Program-made: the position numbers and the translations under genes | In this document: piece by piece, positions 35,905 to 46,545 of the stretch | How the letters are laid out: each line of letters starts with the position of its first letter | How positions within the stretch are numbered: position 1 is the stretch's first letter | Source: Gaiellaceae bacterium | Lineage (GTDB): Bacteria > Actinomycetota > Thermoleophilia > Gaiellales > Gaiellaceae | Reading direction: 5' to 3' | Length of the DNA: 59,091 nucleotides | Assembly: GCA_046484465.1 (NCBI GenBank) | Contig: JAWOIV010000030.1 | Span: forward strand, 1 to 59,091 | The notes under the pieces: generated by a model | The model's input: the letters and a program-made list of their open reading frames with translations, nothing else | The model's database searches: none | What the model was told of the DNA's origin: nothing

Positions 35905-37287
35905 TTAGCGAGCCTTCGGCGCGCGCCAGCCGCCGTGCTGTGCGGCCAGCGCCTCGGCGCTCTGCGGCCCCCACGTGCCGGGCTCGTACAGCTCGAGCGC
36001 CGGCGGCGAGTCGAGGAGCGGCTGCACGATGCGCCACGTCTCCTCGATCACGTCCCAGTGCGGGAACAGCGTGTGGTCGCCGCGGATCGCGTCGTACAAC
36101 AGCCGCTCGTACGGCTGCGGCGGCTCGCCGAGCTCCTCCTCGAAGTCGAGGTCGAGCGAGACCGGCTGCGAGACCTCCATGCCCGGCGTCTTCGCCCGGA
36201 TGCCGATGGTGACTCCCGGGTCGCGGCCGACGCGGAGCACGATGTCGTCGGTGCCCGGCGTGTGCAGGCGGCGCTTCCCCCAGCGCAGCTGCGGCACGCG
36301 CTCGAGGCGCACGACGACCTCCGTCCCGGTCACGGGCAGGCACTTGCCCGCGCGGATGAGGATCGGGACGCCCGCCCAGCGCCAGTTCTCGATCTCGAGC
36401 TCGAGGGCGACGTACGTCTCCGTCTCGGAGTTCCGTGCGACGCCCTCGACCTCGCGGAAGCCGCGGTACTGGCCGCGGAGCGCGCCGTCCGGATCGACGG
36501 ACGGCATCGCGCGGAAGACGTCGAGCCGCCGTCTGGCGATCGCGTCGTCGCCTCCCGACGGAGGCTCCATCGCGACGAGCGCGAGCACCTGGAGCAGGTG
36601 GTTCTGCACGACGTCCCGCATGGCGCCGACCCGGTCGTAGAACGCACCGCGCTCGTCGACGCCGAAGTCCTCGGCCATCGTGATCTGGATCGACGTGATG
36701 TGCTCGCGATTCCAGAGCGGCTCGAAGAGCGCATTTGCGAAGCGGAGGTACATGATGTCCTGGATCGGCTCCTTCCCCAGGAAGTGGTCGATGCGGAAGA
36801 TCCGCTCCTCGGGGAAGATCGCCGACAGCCGACGGTTGAGCTCCCGCGCCGATTCGAGGTCGGTGCCGAAGGGCTTCTCCACGAAGAGCCGCGCGTCGTC
36901 CACCAGGTCCGCGGCCGCGAGCCCCTCCGCGACCTCGAGGAACGTCGCCGGCGGGATCGCGAGGTAGTACGCGGGAGCCGTGGCGTCGGCGAGCGCCTCC
37001 CGCAGGCGCTCGAAGACCACCTCGCCCTCGCCACCGACGTACCGCAGGCGTGAGAGGAGATCCTCGAGAGCGGCCTCGTCGACGTCGTCCTCGGCGGCCA
37101 TGATCGCATCCCGCGCGAGCGCGGCGAGCTCGTCGTCGCGCAGCTCGTGCCGCCCGACGCCGATCACGGCACAGGTGAGGTGGCCCTGCTCGGTGAGGTG
37201 GTACAGGGCCGGGAAGGTCATCCGGCGCGCGAGGTCGCCGGTGATGCCGAAGACGACGAGCGCGTCGGCGGGCTGGCTCTCCGCCAT
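35905..37287 (-). CDS. zwf: glucose-6-phosphate 1-dehydrogenase
   Basis: VVFGITGDLARRMTFPAL, RIDHFLGKE and other Zwf motifs. ATG 37287 is in frame within ORF 35905..37602. Confidence 0.9.
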   Translation of the reverse strand: MAESQPADALVVFGITGDLARRMTFPALYHLTEQGHLTCAVIGVGRHELRDDELAALARDAIMAAEDDVDEAALEDLLSRLRYVGGEGEVVFERLREALADATAPAYYLAIPPATFLEVAEGLAAADLVDDARLFVEKPFGTDLESARELNRRLSAIFPEERIFRIDHFLGKEPIQDIMYLRFANALFEPLWNREHITSIQITMAEDFGVDERGAFYDRVGAMRDVVQNHLLQVLALVAMEPPSGGDDAIARRRLDVFRAMPSVDPDGALRGQYRGFREVEGVARNSETETYVALELEIENWRWAGVPILIRAGKCLPVTGTEVVVRLERVPQLRWGKRRLHTPGTDDIVLRVGRDPGVTIGIRAKTPGMEVSQPVSLDLDFEEELGEPPQPYERLLYDAIRGDHTLFPHWDVIEETWRIVQPLLDSPPALELYEPGTWGPQSAEALAAQHGGWRAPKAR

Positions 37288-37289
37288 CG

Positions 37290-38594
37290 TCAGCTCGTGA
37301 CGAGGAGCGAGTGGGCCACGAACCGCATCATCTCGACGCCGAGCTCGAGGTCGTCGACGGCGATCCGTTCGTTCGCGGAGTGGACGAGCTCGATGGCGAC
37401 CCGTGTGTCCATCGCCTTGATCGGGAAGAAGCCGTAGGCGACGGTGCCGAAGGCCTCTCGTAGGTAGTGGCTGTCGGTGAACCCGGGACAGGCGAACGGG
37501 ACGAGCTTCGCGCCGGGCTCGACGACGCCGGCGAACTCCGCGAGCGCCTTCCACAGCGGCGTGTCGAGGGGCGAGCGCGTGCCGCCCGTGCCCGGCTCCC
37601 ACTCGATCTCGTAGTCGCCGTCACCGATCGCTGCCCGGATGAGCGGCTCGACGTCGGCCGGCATCTGCTCGGGGAGGAGCCGACAGTCGACCGTCACCTC
37701 GCAGAGGCCGGGGATCACGTTGTGCTTGTGCGACGCCTCGATCATCGTCGGCGAGAGGGTGAAGGACAGGAGCGGCTGCAGGGCAGCGGCGGCCAGCGGA
37801 TCGAGCGCGCGAGCGCGCTCGAGGGCCTCGGCCGCCGTTGGCGCCTCTCCCAGCACCGCCTCCAGGAAGGCGCGCGCCTCGGGGATCAGCTGCAGTGGAG
37901 GTTCGTACGCACCGAGCGCCTCCACGTGCCGCGCCGCCTTCACGAGCGCGTTGTCCGCGATCCCCGGCATGGACGCATGGCCGCTGCGGCCGCGCACGCG
38001 AAGGGTGAACGGCGAGGACATCTTCTCCGCCGTGGCGCACAGGTACACGGGCGTCCCACCGAGGAGGAGGCGCTCGCCGGCGCCCTCGTTGATCGCGTAG
38101 TCGCAGCGAACGGCGTCGGGGTGCGCATCGGCGAGCCAGCGCAGGCCGTAACCGACGTCCTCTCCGACACCGCCGACCTCCTCGTCGGCGACCGACATGA
38201 ACACGAGATCCCCGGCGAGCGAAGCCCCCTCGCGCTTCAGCGACGCGAGTGTCACCGCGGACGCCGCGACCTGGCCCTTCATGTCGAGCGCCCCTCGTCC
38301 CCAGATCTCGCCGTCCACGAGGTCGCCCGACCACGGATCGCGCTCCCACTCCCGCGGGTCGGCGAGCACCGTGTCCGTATGCGAGAGGAGCCCGAGAGAC
38401 GGGCCGTCGCCACCCTCGAGGCGCGCGACGACGTTGGGTCGATCCGGGTCGCGCGCGTAGAACGTGCACTCGATCCCGTTGCGCTGGAAGTACGCGCGCA
38501 GCACCTCCGCCGCGCGGATCTCGTTGCCAGGAGGGTTGACCGTCTCCGCCCGCAGGAGCGCCTGCAGGAGATCCGTGGCCTCCTCGCGGAGCAA
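37290..38594 (-). CDS. M20/M25/M40 family metallo-hydrolase
   Basis: LLSHTDTV and GRGALDMKG motifs. The stop is 2 nt before the zwf start. Confidence 0.8.
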   Translation of the reverse strand: MLREEATDLLQALLRAETVNPPGNEIRAAEVLRAYFQRNGIECTFYARDPDRPNVVARLEGGDGPSLGLLSHTDTVLADPREWERDPWSGDLVDGEIWGRGALDMKGQVAASAVTLASLKREGASLAGDLVFMSVADEEVGGVGEDVGYGLRWLADAHPDAVRCDYAINEGAGERLLLGGTPVYLCATAEKMSSPFTLRVRGRSGHASMPGIADNALVKAARHVEALGAYEPPLQLIPEARAFLEAVLGEAPTAAEALERARALDPLAAAALQPLLSFTLSPTMIEASHKHNVIPGLCEVTVDCRLLPEQMPADVEPLIRAAIGDGDYEIEWEPGTGGTRSPLDTPLWKALAEFAGVVEPGAKLVPFACPGFTDSHYLREAFGTVAYGFFPIKAMDTRVAIELVHSANERIAVDDLELGVEMMRFVAHSLLVTS

Positions 38595-38616
38595 GGCCGG
38601 CGCTTGCCGGGTCTGG

Positions 38617-39345
38617 CTAATCGCTGCCCTCTTCTTCGGCCTTCGAGAGGGCGGTGAGCTCGTTCCGGACCTCCCAGAGCTCCGGGAACGAGGTCTTCGT
38701 CACGAGTCGGCCCAGCAGCTCGACGGGTGTCCCTTGCGTGCCGACGACCTTGTCGCCGATCGAACGCGCGACCACCTGATAGTGGCGCATGCGCCAGAGC
38801 TGCGCTCGCTCGTCGAGCTCGAGGAGAGCCTCGCAGAGCTGATACAGCTCCTCGTGCTCGCGGCCGCGCACGTAGACGTCGGCGACAGACAGGCCCGCCG
38901 TCCGCCGCGCCTCGTGGAAAGCCTGGCCGAGGCGGGGGAAGACGTGGCGAAGCTCGCGCCAGCCAGGCGAGTCGAAGCCGGAGCCGTGACCGAGCACCTT
39001 GCGGATGTCCTGGTACTCCCAGGGGTCCATCCGCTCCAGCATGTCGAGCTGATCGGTGACGAAGCGGAGACAGAGCGTCGCGCGCTGGAGGAGGCGCAGC
39101 GCCGGCGAGATGTCACCCTGCTCGACGAGCGTCGCGGCCTCTCCGGCGTCGTTCCAGGCGAGCTTCAGCCAGAGCTCGGACGACTGATGCGTGACCTGGA
39201 AGAGGAGCTCGTCGCGGTGCACCCACTCGTCCTGCCCTTTCTGCAGGACGAGGAGCTCGTCGGTGTTGAGATACCGCTCGTAGTCGGAGGGGGCGGCGCC
39301 CGCGAGAACGGGCTGCGAGTAGTCCTCGGTCCCGTGTGTGGCCAT
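38617..39345 (-). CDS. kynA: tryptophan 2,3-dioxygenase
   Basis: SDYERYLNTDELL.LQ...DELLFQVTHQSSELWLK...FRMRH-type TDO similarity. ATG 39345 is in frame within ORF 38617..40752. Confidence 0.85.
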   Translation of the reverse strand: MATHGTEDYSQPVLAGAAPSDYERYLNTDELLVLQKGQDEWVHRDELLFQVTHQSSELWLKLAWNDAGEAATLVEQGDISPALRLLQRATLCLRFVTDQLDMLERMDPWEYQDIRKVLGHGSGFDSPGWRELRHVFPRLGQAFHEARRTAGLSVADVYVRGREHEELYQLCEALLELDERAQLWRMRHYQVVARSIGDKVVGTQGTPVELLGRLVTKTSFPELWEVRNELTALSKAEEEGSD

Positions 39346-39351
39346 GCGCGG

Positions 39352-39357
39352 AGCATA
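39352..39357 (-). promoter_or_regulatory. -10-like hexamer TATGCT, 6 nt before kynA ATG (leaderless-type)
   Basis: Read on the minus strand. It overlaps the plus-strand CATACT box by 4 nt. Confidence 0.4.
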
Positions 39358-39359
39358 CT
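39354..39359 (+). promoter_or_regulatory. -10-like hexamer CATACT, 7 nt before rarA GTG (leaderless-type)
   Basis: Lies in the 21-nt kynA/rarA divergent spacer. Confidence 0.35.
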
Positions 39360-39366
39360 TCCACGC

Positions 39367-40644
39367 GTGGGAGACCTGTTCGCCGACGCAGCCCGTGAGC
39401 GTCACGCGGACGAGGCCCCGCTCGCGGTCAGGTTGCGACCGCAGAGGCTCGACGAGCTGGTCGGTCAGACGCACGTCCTCGGGGCCGGAACCGCGCTCCG
39501 TCTCGCGATCGAGGAGGATCGCCCCCCGTCCATGATCCTGTTCGGGCCGCCGGGCACCGGCAAGACCACGATCGCCCGCATCGTCGCCCAGCGGACCGGT
39601 GCCGCGTTCGAGGAGCTCTCGGCCGTCTCCGCCCGGGTCGACGACGTGCGCGCCGTGATCGTCCGCGCTCGCGACCGCCTCGGCGGCAACGACGTCCGGA
39701 CGATCCTCTTCATCGACGAGATCCACCGCTTCAACAAGGCCCAGCAGGACTCCGTCCTCCACGCCGTGGAGGACGGCCTCGTGACGCTGATCGGGGCGAC
39801 CACCGAGAACCCCTACTTCGAGGTGAACGCGGCTCTCCTCTCCCGCTGCACGGTGATCGAGCTGACGGCGCTCTCCGAGGAAGAGCTCGGCGCGATCCTC
39901 GACCGGGGCGCCGCCGCCCTCGAGGCCGAGATGAGCCAGGGCGTCCGCGATGAGATCGCCGCACGTGCCGGCGGAGATGCGCGGGCCGCCCTGCAGATCC
40001 TCGAGCTCGCGCACCAGACGGCCCGCGCCGAGAGCCGCCCGCTCGGAACGAGCCACGTGCTGGACGCGGCTCGCAAGCGACCGCTGCTCTACGACCGCAG
40101 GGGCGACCAGCATTACGACTTCGCATCGGCTTTCATCAAGTCCATGCGAGGCGGAGATCCAGACGCCGCCGTCTACTATCTCGCGGCCATGCTCGAGGCG
40201 GGTGAGGATCCCCGCTTCGTCGCTCGCCGCATGGTCATCCTCGCAAGCGAGGACGTGGGGAACGCCGACCCGAACGCACTCGTCATCGCCGTCGCGGCGG
40301 CGCAGGCGCTCGAGCACGTGGGGCTCCCCGAGGCCCAGCTCAACCTCGCCCAGGCGGCGATCTACCTCTCCCTCGCGCCCAAGTCGAACGCCTCGGCGGT
40401 CGCGATCTGGGAGGCACGACGAGACGTGCGCGAGCACGGGAACGTGCGTCCTCCGCCGATGCTTCGCTCGACGGGACACGCCGAGGGGGCGAAGGCGCGA
40501 GGCCACGGCGAGGGCTACCGCTACCCGCACGATGATCCGGCCGGGTTCGAGGTCTCGTACCTCCCGGAAGAGCTCGCCGGACGGCGTTACTATCGGCCGA
40601 CTCCCGAGCGCGAGGAGAGCACGGATGACGGTGAAGACAGGTGA
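39367..40644 (+). CDS. rarA: replication-associated recombination protein A (MgsA/RarA AAA+ ATPase)
   Basis: PLAVRLRPQRLDELVGQ...ILFGPPGTGKTT...FIDEIHRFNK motifs. GTG 39367 gives a canonical N-terminal length. Confidence 0.9.
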   Translation: MGDLFADAARERHADEAPLAVRLRPQRLDELVGQTHVLGAGTALRLAIEEDRPPSMILFGPPGTGKTTIARIVAQRTGAAFEELSAVSARVDDVRAVIVRARDRLGGNDVRTILFIDEIHRFNKAQQDSVLHAVEDGLVTLIGATTENPYFEVNAALLSRCTVIELTALSEEELGAILDRGAAALEAEMSQGVRDEIAARAGGDARAALQILELAHQTARAESRPLGTSHVLDAARKRPLLYDRRGDQHYDFASAFIKSMRGGDPDAAVYYLAAMLEAGEDPRFVARRMVILASEDVGNADPNALVIAVAAAQALEHVGLPEAQLNLAQAAIYLSLAPKSNASAVAIWEARRDVREHGNVRPPPMLRSTGHAEGAKARGHGEGYRYPHDDPAGFEVSYLPEELAGRRYYRPTPEREESTDDGEDR

Positions 40645-41089
40645 CAGAGCACCCGAGTTCGACCTCGAGGTCGGGTACCAGGAGCGCGTCCGGCTCTCGG
40701 ACTTCCGCGGCCGCTCGAACGTGCTCCTCGTGTTCCACCCCTTCGCGTTCACGCCCGTCTGCGAGGACGAGGCGCGCGATCTGCAGGAGAACCTCGAGTC
40801 GTTTCGGGAGGCGGGAACGGAGATCGTCCTCGTCTCCTGCGACCCCTCGGCCGCGCGGCAGGCATGGAAGCGCGACCTCGGCGCGGAGTACGTCTTCGCG
40901 TCCGACTTCTGGCCGCACGGCGCGGCGGCGAAGGCCTACGGCGTCTTCAACGAGCAGAACGGTGCCGCGCATCGTGGAACCTTCCTCATCGACAGCGACG
41001 GCGCCGTGGTCTGGTCGCTCGTGAAGCTGACCGACGACTACCGCGAGCGCATGGTTCCCGAGTCGCTCGACGTGCTCCACCACGAGTGA
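40625..41089 (+). CDS. ahpE: peroxiredoxin, AhpE-like
   Basis: FHPFAFTPVC peroxidatic Cys motif and SDFWPHGAAAKAYGVFNEQNGAAHRGTFLID, which closely resembles mycobacterial AhpE. Confidence 0.85.
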   Translation: MTVKTGDRAPEFDLEVGYQERVRLSDFRGRSNVLLVFHPFAFTPVCEDEARDLQENLESFREAGTEIVLVSCDPSAARQAWKRDLGAEYVFASDFWPHGAAAKAYGVFNEQNGAAHRGTFLIDSDGAVVWSLVKLTDDYRERMVPESLDVLHHE

Positions 41090-41856
41090 CGCTCGCGCTG
41101 CACGAGTGGGGCGAACCGGGAGCCCCGCGCGTCGTCTGCCTCCACGGAGTCGCGAGCCACGGTCGCCACTTCGAGAAGCTCGCCGACGCACTGCCCGCTC
41201 TTCACGTCCTTGCGCCCGACCTGCTCGGTCACGGCTTCTCCACCTCCGAGCCTCCCTGGGACCTCGATGCCCACGTCGAGGCAGTCGTCGAGGCGGTCGG
41301 CAACGAGCCTGCGGCGCTGGTGGGGCACTCCTTCGGAGCCCGCGTCGCCTTCGAGCTCGCCGCGCTGGCTCCCGGGCACGTCCCGAAGCTCGTCCTTCTC
41401 GACCCGGCGATCCTCCTCCCCCCGCAGATCGCGCTCTTCGCGGCCGAGAACGCGCGCAAGGAGCGAGCGTACGTCTCGTTCGCGGAGGCGATCGACCGCC
41501 GCTACGACGAGAGCCAGCTCCACTCGACTCCCCGCGAGCTGCTCGAGGAGGAGCTCCGGCACCACCTGGTCGAGAGCGACGACGGGCTCTGGCGCTACCG
41601 CTACAGCCAGTCGGCGGTGGTCGCCGCCTACGGCGAGATGGCATCACAACCACCTCCGTTCGAGCACGTGCGCGTTCCGACGCTGCTCGTCCTCGGCGAG
41701 CGCTCGTACCTCCCGTACGACCACCTCCTCGATGCGCACCGCGAGGCGCTCGGCGACCTGCTCGAGGTCATCGTCGTCTCGGGAGGCCACACCGTGCTCT
41801 GGGACGCGCTCGAGGAGACGACCGCCGCCGTGGTCTCCTTCCTCGAGGCCGACTGA
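41086..41856 (+). CDS. alpha/beta hydrolase
   Basis: VCLHG...GHSFGA nucleophile elbow. GTGA overlap with the peroxiredoxin stop. Confidence 0.8.
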   Translation: MTLALHEWGEPGAPRVVCLHGVASHGRHFEKLADALPALHVLAPDLLGHGFSTSEPPWDLDAHVEAVVEAVGNEPAALVGHSFGARVAFELAALAPGHVPKLVLLDPAILLPPQIALFAAENARKERAYVSFAEAIDRRYDESQLHSTPRELLEEELRHHLVESDDGLWRYRYSQSAVVAAYGEMASQPPPFEHVRVPTLLVLGERSYLPYDHLLDAHREALGDLLEVIVVSGGHTVLWDALEETTAAVVSFLEAD

Positions 41857-41866
41857 GCCGGTTGGG

Positions 41867-42403
41867 CTACCAGACGTCTCCCGGCCGCCAGTCGCACGCG
41901 ATGGGCCCGGCGAGATCGAGCACGGGCGTCGTGGGCGTCGGCAGGACGAACACGCCGACGTCGTCGTCCGCGGTGCGCTGCGGCCCGTCGGGCGAGAGCG
42001 CCCAGGTCGGCCCTTCCCAGCGCAGCCACCCGCGCCGCTCGTAGAGCCGCGCCGCGCGGCCCCCCGAGCTGAGGGCCCCCAGCTCGTACGCGGAGCGGAC
42101 GACGTCCTCCGCCACCGCCATGAGCGCACCTCCGAGCCCCCGGTCACGTCGCTCCCGTCGCACTGCGACCGCCTCCACGTAGCCCGTGCGCAGCGCCGAC
42201 CCGCCGACGAGGAGGCGGCGCTGGACGACGGCGGCGTGACCTACGAGGTCGCGACCCTCGCGCAGGAGGACGTGGACGCCGCCGAGCGCGTGCTCCCAGT
42301 CCTCCTCGGCGAAGTCGCCCTCGAACGCCGCGTCGAGCAAGGCCCGGATCTCCAGGAGCGCGGCCGGGGCCAGATCGGCCGTGTGCGCCCGCACCGGCGC
42401 CAC
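41867..42403 (-). CDS. GNAT acetyltransferase, aminoglycoside 2'-N-acetyltransferase AAC(2')-I-like
   Basis: End-to-end resemblance to mycobacterial AAC(2') proteins (FAGDF.E.DWEH.LGG.H..., GYVE.VAVR, CDWR.GDVW C-terminus). Confidence 0.8.
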   Translation of the reverse strand: MAPVRAHTADLAPAALLEIRALLDAAFEGDFAEEDWEHALGGVHVLLREGRDLVGHAAVVQRRLLVGGSALRTGYVEAVAVRRERRDRGLGGALMAVAEDVVRSAYELGALSSGGRAARLYERRGWLRWEGPTWALSPDGPQRTADDDVGVFVLPTPTTPVLDLAGPIACDWRPGDVW

Positions 42404-42410
42404 GCGCGTG

Positions 42411-43766
42411 CTACCCGACGGCGTGCTCGTCGGCGATCGCGAGCACCTCGTCGAGGATCGTGATCCCCTCGTCCACCTCGTCGCGCGTGATCGTGAGCGG
42501 CGGCACTGCCATGACGACGTTCCAGTGCGTCATGAGGTAGAGGCCTCGGTCGAGCGCTGCCTTGGCCATGCGCGCGACCGGAGCGGCCGCCTCGCCGGAG
42601 GCGTTGAACGGCACGAGCATCTCGCGCGTCTCCCGGTTCCTGACGAGCTCGATCCCCCAGAAGCAGCCGAGCCCGCGGACCTCTCCGATCGAGGGGTGGC
42701 CGTCGGCGAGCTCGTGGAGCCGTTCCCCGAGGTAGGCACCGACCTCGGCTGCGTTCTCGACGATGCCCTCCTCGCGGAACGCCTCGATCGAGGCGACCGC
42801 CGACGCGCACGCGAGCGGATGGCCCGCATACGTCAGCCCGCCGGGGAAGAAGCGGCTGCGCACCCAGTCCTTCAGGTGCTCTCGGATGACCATCGCGCCG
42901 ATCGGGACGTAGCCGGAGTTGATCCCCTTGGCGACCGTGATGATGTCGGGCACGACGTCCCAGTGCTCGCAGGCGAACCAGCGCCCTGTCCGGCCGAACC
43001 CGGCCATCACCTCGTCAAGGATCAGCAGGATCCCGTGCCGGTCGCAGACCTCGCGGATCGCCTGCAGGTAGCCGTCCGGCGGCGGGATGATCCCGTTCGT
43101 GCCGGTGACCGTCTCGAGGATGACGGCGGCGACCGTCTGCGGGCCCTCGTACTCGAGGATCTCCTCGAGGTGCGGCGCGCCCGTGCAAACGGGGCAGGGA
43201 TCGGGATGGCCGGCCGGGCAGCGATACGTGTACGGGTCGAACATCCTGACGACGCCGCCCATCCCCGGCTCGTTCGGCCAGCGGCGCGGATCGCCCGTGA
43301 GGACGACGGAGCCGTGCGTGGCGCCGTGGTAGGAGCGGTACCGCGCGACGATCTTGTGACGGCCGGTTGCCAGGCGGGCGAGCTTGATCGCGTTCTCGTT
43401 CGCCTCCGCCCCGCCGTTCGTGAAGAACGACATCGTGAGGTCTCCCGGAGTGACCTCGTCCAGGAGGCGCCCGAGCTGCGAGCGCGACTCGTTGGCCATC
43501 GGCGGGCCGATCGTGCAGAGCTTGTCCGCCTGCTCCTTGATCGCGGCGACGATCTTCGGGTGCTGGTGGCCGATGTTGACGTTGACGAGCTGCGATGCGA
43601 AGTCGAGGTACCGCTTGCCGTCGTAGTCCCAGAAGTAGCGGCCCTCCGCGCCGGCGACAGCGATGGGGTTGATCGCGTCCTGCACCGACCACGAGTAGAG
43701 GACGTACTCCTTCGCGTCCTCGACGATCTCGGCGCCGAGGTTGGGATTGGTCTCGATCACGGCCAT
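42411..43766 (-). CDS. class-III (omega) aminotransferase, beta-alanine/taurine:pyruvate aminotransferase-like
   Basis: [15 protein letters not shown] and [14 protein letters not shown] (PLP Lys). ATG 43766 is preceded by AAGGAG. Confidence 0.85.
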   Translation of the reverse strand: MAVIETNPNLGAEIVEDAKEYVLYSWSVQDAINPIAVAGAEGRYFWDYDGKRYLDFASQLVNVNIGHQHPKIVAAIKEQADKLCTIGPPMANESRSQLGRLLDEVTPGDLTMSFFTNGGAEANENAIKLARLATGRHKIVARYRSYHGATHGSVVLTGDPRRWPNEPGMGGVVRMFDPYTYRCPAGHPDPCPVCTGAPHLEEILEYEGPQTVAAVILETVTGTNGIIPPPDGYLQAIREVCDRHGILLILDEVMAGFGRTGRWFACEHWDVVPDIITVAKGINSGYVPIGAMVIREHLKDWVRSRFFPGGLTYAGHPLACASAVASIEAFREEGIVENAAEVGAYLGERLHELADGHPSIGEVRGLGCFWGIELVRNRETREMLVPFNASGEAAAPVARMAKAALDRGLYLMTHWNVVMAVPPLTITRDEVDEGITILDEVLAIADEHAVG

Positions 43767-43904
43767 CTCGTGCTCCTTCACTTTGATCCAGACGATCCTA
43801 GCGCTGCTTGTTGCGGCGCTCTCGAGACAGCAAGATGTCGTCGAGTGCCCACGGTCGACACCCACCGTCCCTACGCGCACGTGCTCGTCGAGCGCGAGGA
43901 GGCC

Positions 43905-46451
43905 ATGGCCAAGCTCGATGCCGCGTACCAGGAGTCCGTCACGGGCCGCGGCTGCCTTGCACTCGTGACGGCGGAGGCAGGCGGTGGGAAGACGGCACTG
44001 ATCGAGCGCTTCTGTGCATCCCGTGACACGGCGACTCTCGTGCTTCGTGGCGCCTGCGACGCCCTCGTCACTCCGCGTCCCCTGGGACCGATCCTCGACA
44101 TCGTCTCCGAGTTGGCGCCCGATTGCGCCGGACAGCTTCAGACCGACGCTTCTGCCTACCACGCTGCCGAGGCGATACTCGAGCGCTTGCGGGATCGGCG
44201 AGACCCGACCGTCGTCGCCATCGAGGACGCCCACTGGGCGGACGAGGCGACGATCGATGCGCTTCGGATCATCGTCCGTCGGGTGACATCCGTGCCCGCC
44301 CTGCTCGTCGTCAGCTATCGAGACGAGAGCGTCGATGCCAGGCACCCACTTCGAGTCATGCTCGGCGAGCTCTCGTCCGCCCTCGCCGTCACCCGCGTCA
44401 GGCTGGAACCTCTCTCGCTGGCAGCGGTGACAGGCCTGGCCGAGCCGGTCGGCATCGAGCCGACCGAGCTCCACCGAACCACCGCGGGCAACCCGTTCTT
44501 CGTGACGGAGATTCTCGAGTCCGGCGGAGGCAGCATGCCGTCGACCATTCGAGATGCGGTGCTCGCGCGTGCCGCGCGGCTCAGCGCGCCCGCACGGAAC
44601 GTGCTCGAAGCGGTGGCAGTCGTCCCCCACTACGCGGAGCCGTGGCTCGTAGACGCGCTGACGGGGGAGGACGGTGCTGGACTGGACGAGTGCATCTCTT
44701 CCCGGACGCTCGTCCTCACCGCCGGAAATGTCGCGTACAGGCACGAACTAGCTCGCCGTGCCGTGGAAGGGTCTCTCGTCCACAGCAGGCGGGTGAGCCT
44801 CAATCAGGTGGCTCTTGACACACTTGCGGCCCGGGCCGACGTCGACCGCCATCTCGCACGGATCGCACATCACGCCGCCGAGGCGGGCGACCGGGACGCC
44901 GTGCTCCGATTCGCACCCGCTGCCGGCGCCCAGGCATCCTCGATGGGATCACATCGGGAGGCGGCCGAGCACTATGCGCGTGCCCTTCGCTACTCGGAGG
45001 GCCTGCCGCCCGACGAGCTCGCGGAGCTTCTCGAGCGGCGCGCTCGGGAGTGCTACCTCACCGACCAGTCCGAAGAGGCGATAGACGCTCTCCGCAGAGC
45101 CGCGGTCTGCCATCGGGAGCTCGGCGATCGGATCAGGGAAGGCGAGGCGCTCGCCAGGCTCTCGAACATCCTCTGGTGCCCGGGGCGGGGACAGGAGGCA
45201 CGGGACGTCGGAGTGGAAGCAGTGGCGACTCTGGAGGAGCTCCCGCCAGGACGCGAGCTGGCGTGGGCATACAGCAATCTCTCGTTCCTCCGGAGGATGG
45301 CCGGAGACGACGACGGCGCTCGGCGATGGGCTGCGCGCGGCCTCGAGCTCGCCGAGCGGGTGGAGGACGTCGACGTCCTCTGCAAGGCGCTCCTCGCCGT
45401 CGGAGGGACGGAGAACGTCGAGCGCGCGATGCGCATCGCGGACGAGGCCGGGCTCGATCACCACGTTGCCGACGGATACCTCTCGCTCTCGGGCCATGCG
45501 CTGTATCGCCGGTCGTACGCGCTTGCCGACGAGCACATCGAGGAGGGCCTCGCGTACTGCAACGAGCACGGCGTCCACCTGATTCGGCTGTACCTCCTCG
45601 CCGATCGAGCCAGGGCTGCGCTCGAGCGAGGCCTCTGGAACCAGGCTGCGGAGCACGCGACGTCGATCCTTCGCGAGAGAGCGGTGTCGACGTACCCCCG
45701 CACACTCGCCCTCGTGGTGCTCGGGACGCTTCGCGCCCGCCGGGGCGACCCCGGCGCCGACGCGCTGCTCGAGGAGGCAGATGTCCTCTCGAGGCAGACC
45801 ATGGAGCCGGGACGCATCCTCCCGGTCGCGATCGCCCGGGCCGAGGTCGCGTGGCTGAAGGGGGAGGTCGGGCGGATCTCGACGATCACCGACGCGCCTC
45901 TCGCGCTGGCGACACGCGCTCGGGCGCGTCGGGCCGTTGGAGAGCTCGGCGTCTGGCGCAAGCGCGCCGACATCGAGGAACTGATCCCCCTCGACGCGGA
46001 CGCACCGGAGGCGCTCGAGCTGGCAGGCGATCCCACGGGCGCAGGTGTGCGCTGGGCAGAGCTCGGCCGCCCGTACGAGTCGGCTCTCGCCTTCGCACAG
46101 ACCGACGGCGAGGCCACGCTGCGCCGAGCGCTCGATCTCAGCCACGAACTGGGCGCCCGCCCGCTCGCAGCGATCGTTGCCCGCCGCCTCCGCGAGAGCG
46201 GCGTGCGCGGGGTGGCACGCGGGCCGCGGCCGGCCACCCGGGGGAGCCCCGCCGGGCTCACGCAGCGTGAGACGGAGGTCCTGCACCTGCTCGCCGAGGG
46301 GCTCCGCAACGCGGACATCGCGGAGCGGCTGGTCGTGTCGCGGAGAACCGTCGACCACCATGTCTCCTCGATCCTCCGCAAGCTCGATGCCCGCTCACGC
46401 GGGGAGGCGGTCGCGGAAGCGCGACAACGAGGGCTCCTCGAAGACCCGTAG
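43905..46451 (+). CDS. large ATP-binding LuxR-family (LAL/MalT-like) transcriptional regulator
   Basis: N-terminal P-loop ([10 protein letters not shown]), a central TPR-like repeat region and a C-terminal LuxR HTH ([43 protein letters not shown]). ATG 43905 is preceded by GAGGAGG. Confidence 0.85.
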   Translation: MAKLDAAYQESVTGRGCLALVTAEAGGGKTALIERFCASRDTATLVLRGACDALVTPRPLGPILDIVSELAPDCAGQLQTDASAYHAAEAILERLRDRRDPTVVAIEDAHWADEATIDALRIIVRRVTSVPALLVVSYRDESVDARHPLRVMLGELSSALAVTRVRLEPLSLAAVTGLAEPVGIEPTELHRTTAGNPFFVTEILESGGGSMPSTIRDAVLARAARLSAPARNVLEAVAVVPHYAEPWLVDALTGEDGAGLDECISSRTLVLTAGNVAYRHELARRAVEGSLVHSRRVSLNQVALDTLAARADVDRHLARIAHHAAEAGDRDAVLRFAPAAGAQASSMGSHREAAEHYARALRYSEGLPPDELAELLERRARECYLTDQSEEAIDALRRAAVCHRELGDRIREGEALARLSNILWCPGRGQEARDVGVEAVATLEELPPGRELAWAYSNLSFLRRMAGDDDGARRWAARGLELAERVEDVDVLCKALLAVGGTENVERAMRIADEAGLDHHVADGYLSLSGHALYRRSYALADEHIEEGLAYCNEHGVHLIRLYLLADRARAALERGLWNQAAEHATSILRERAVSTYPRTLALVVLGTLRARRGDPGADALLEEADVLSRQTMEPGRILPVAIARAEVAWLKGEVGRISTITDAPLALATRARARRAVGELGVWRKRADIEELIPLDADAPEALELAGDPTGAGVRWAELGRPYESALAFAQTDGEATLRRALDLSHELGARPLAAIVARRLRESGVRGVARGPRPATRGSPAGLTQRETEVLHLLAEGLRNADIAERLVVSRRTVDHHVSSILRKLDARSRGEAVAEARQRGLLEDP

Positions 46452-46531
46452 CGCCCGCGACCAACCTAGGTAGTCGCGCCGATGCCCCGCGCGGGCGTCC
46501 TCCCTACCGTTGCAGAAGCCTGCCAACGACC
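46448..46531 (+). repeat. duplicated leader module, copy A (starts at the luxR stop, ends at the next SD)
   Basis: Ungapped hand alignment to 47226..47309 gives 68/84 identical overall and 54/63 over the first 63 nt. Confidence 0.75.
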
Positions 46532-46545
46532 GGGGAGGAAGGCGA

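Noticed and set aside
42381-43904. N-terminal 508 codons of the 1356-aa plus-strand ORF containing the LuxR regulator
   Set aside because: This part is antisense to the aminotransferase gene and crosses the divergent spacer. The regulator has its own ATG 43905 with a GAGGAGG SD and a canonical P-loop shortly after.
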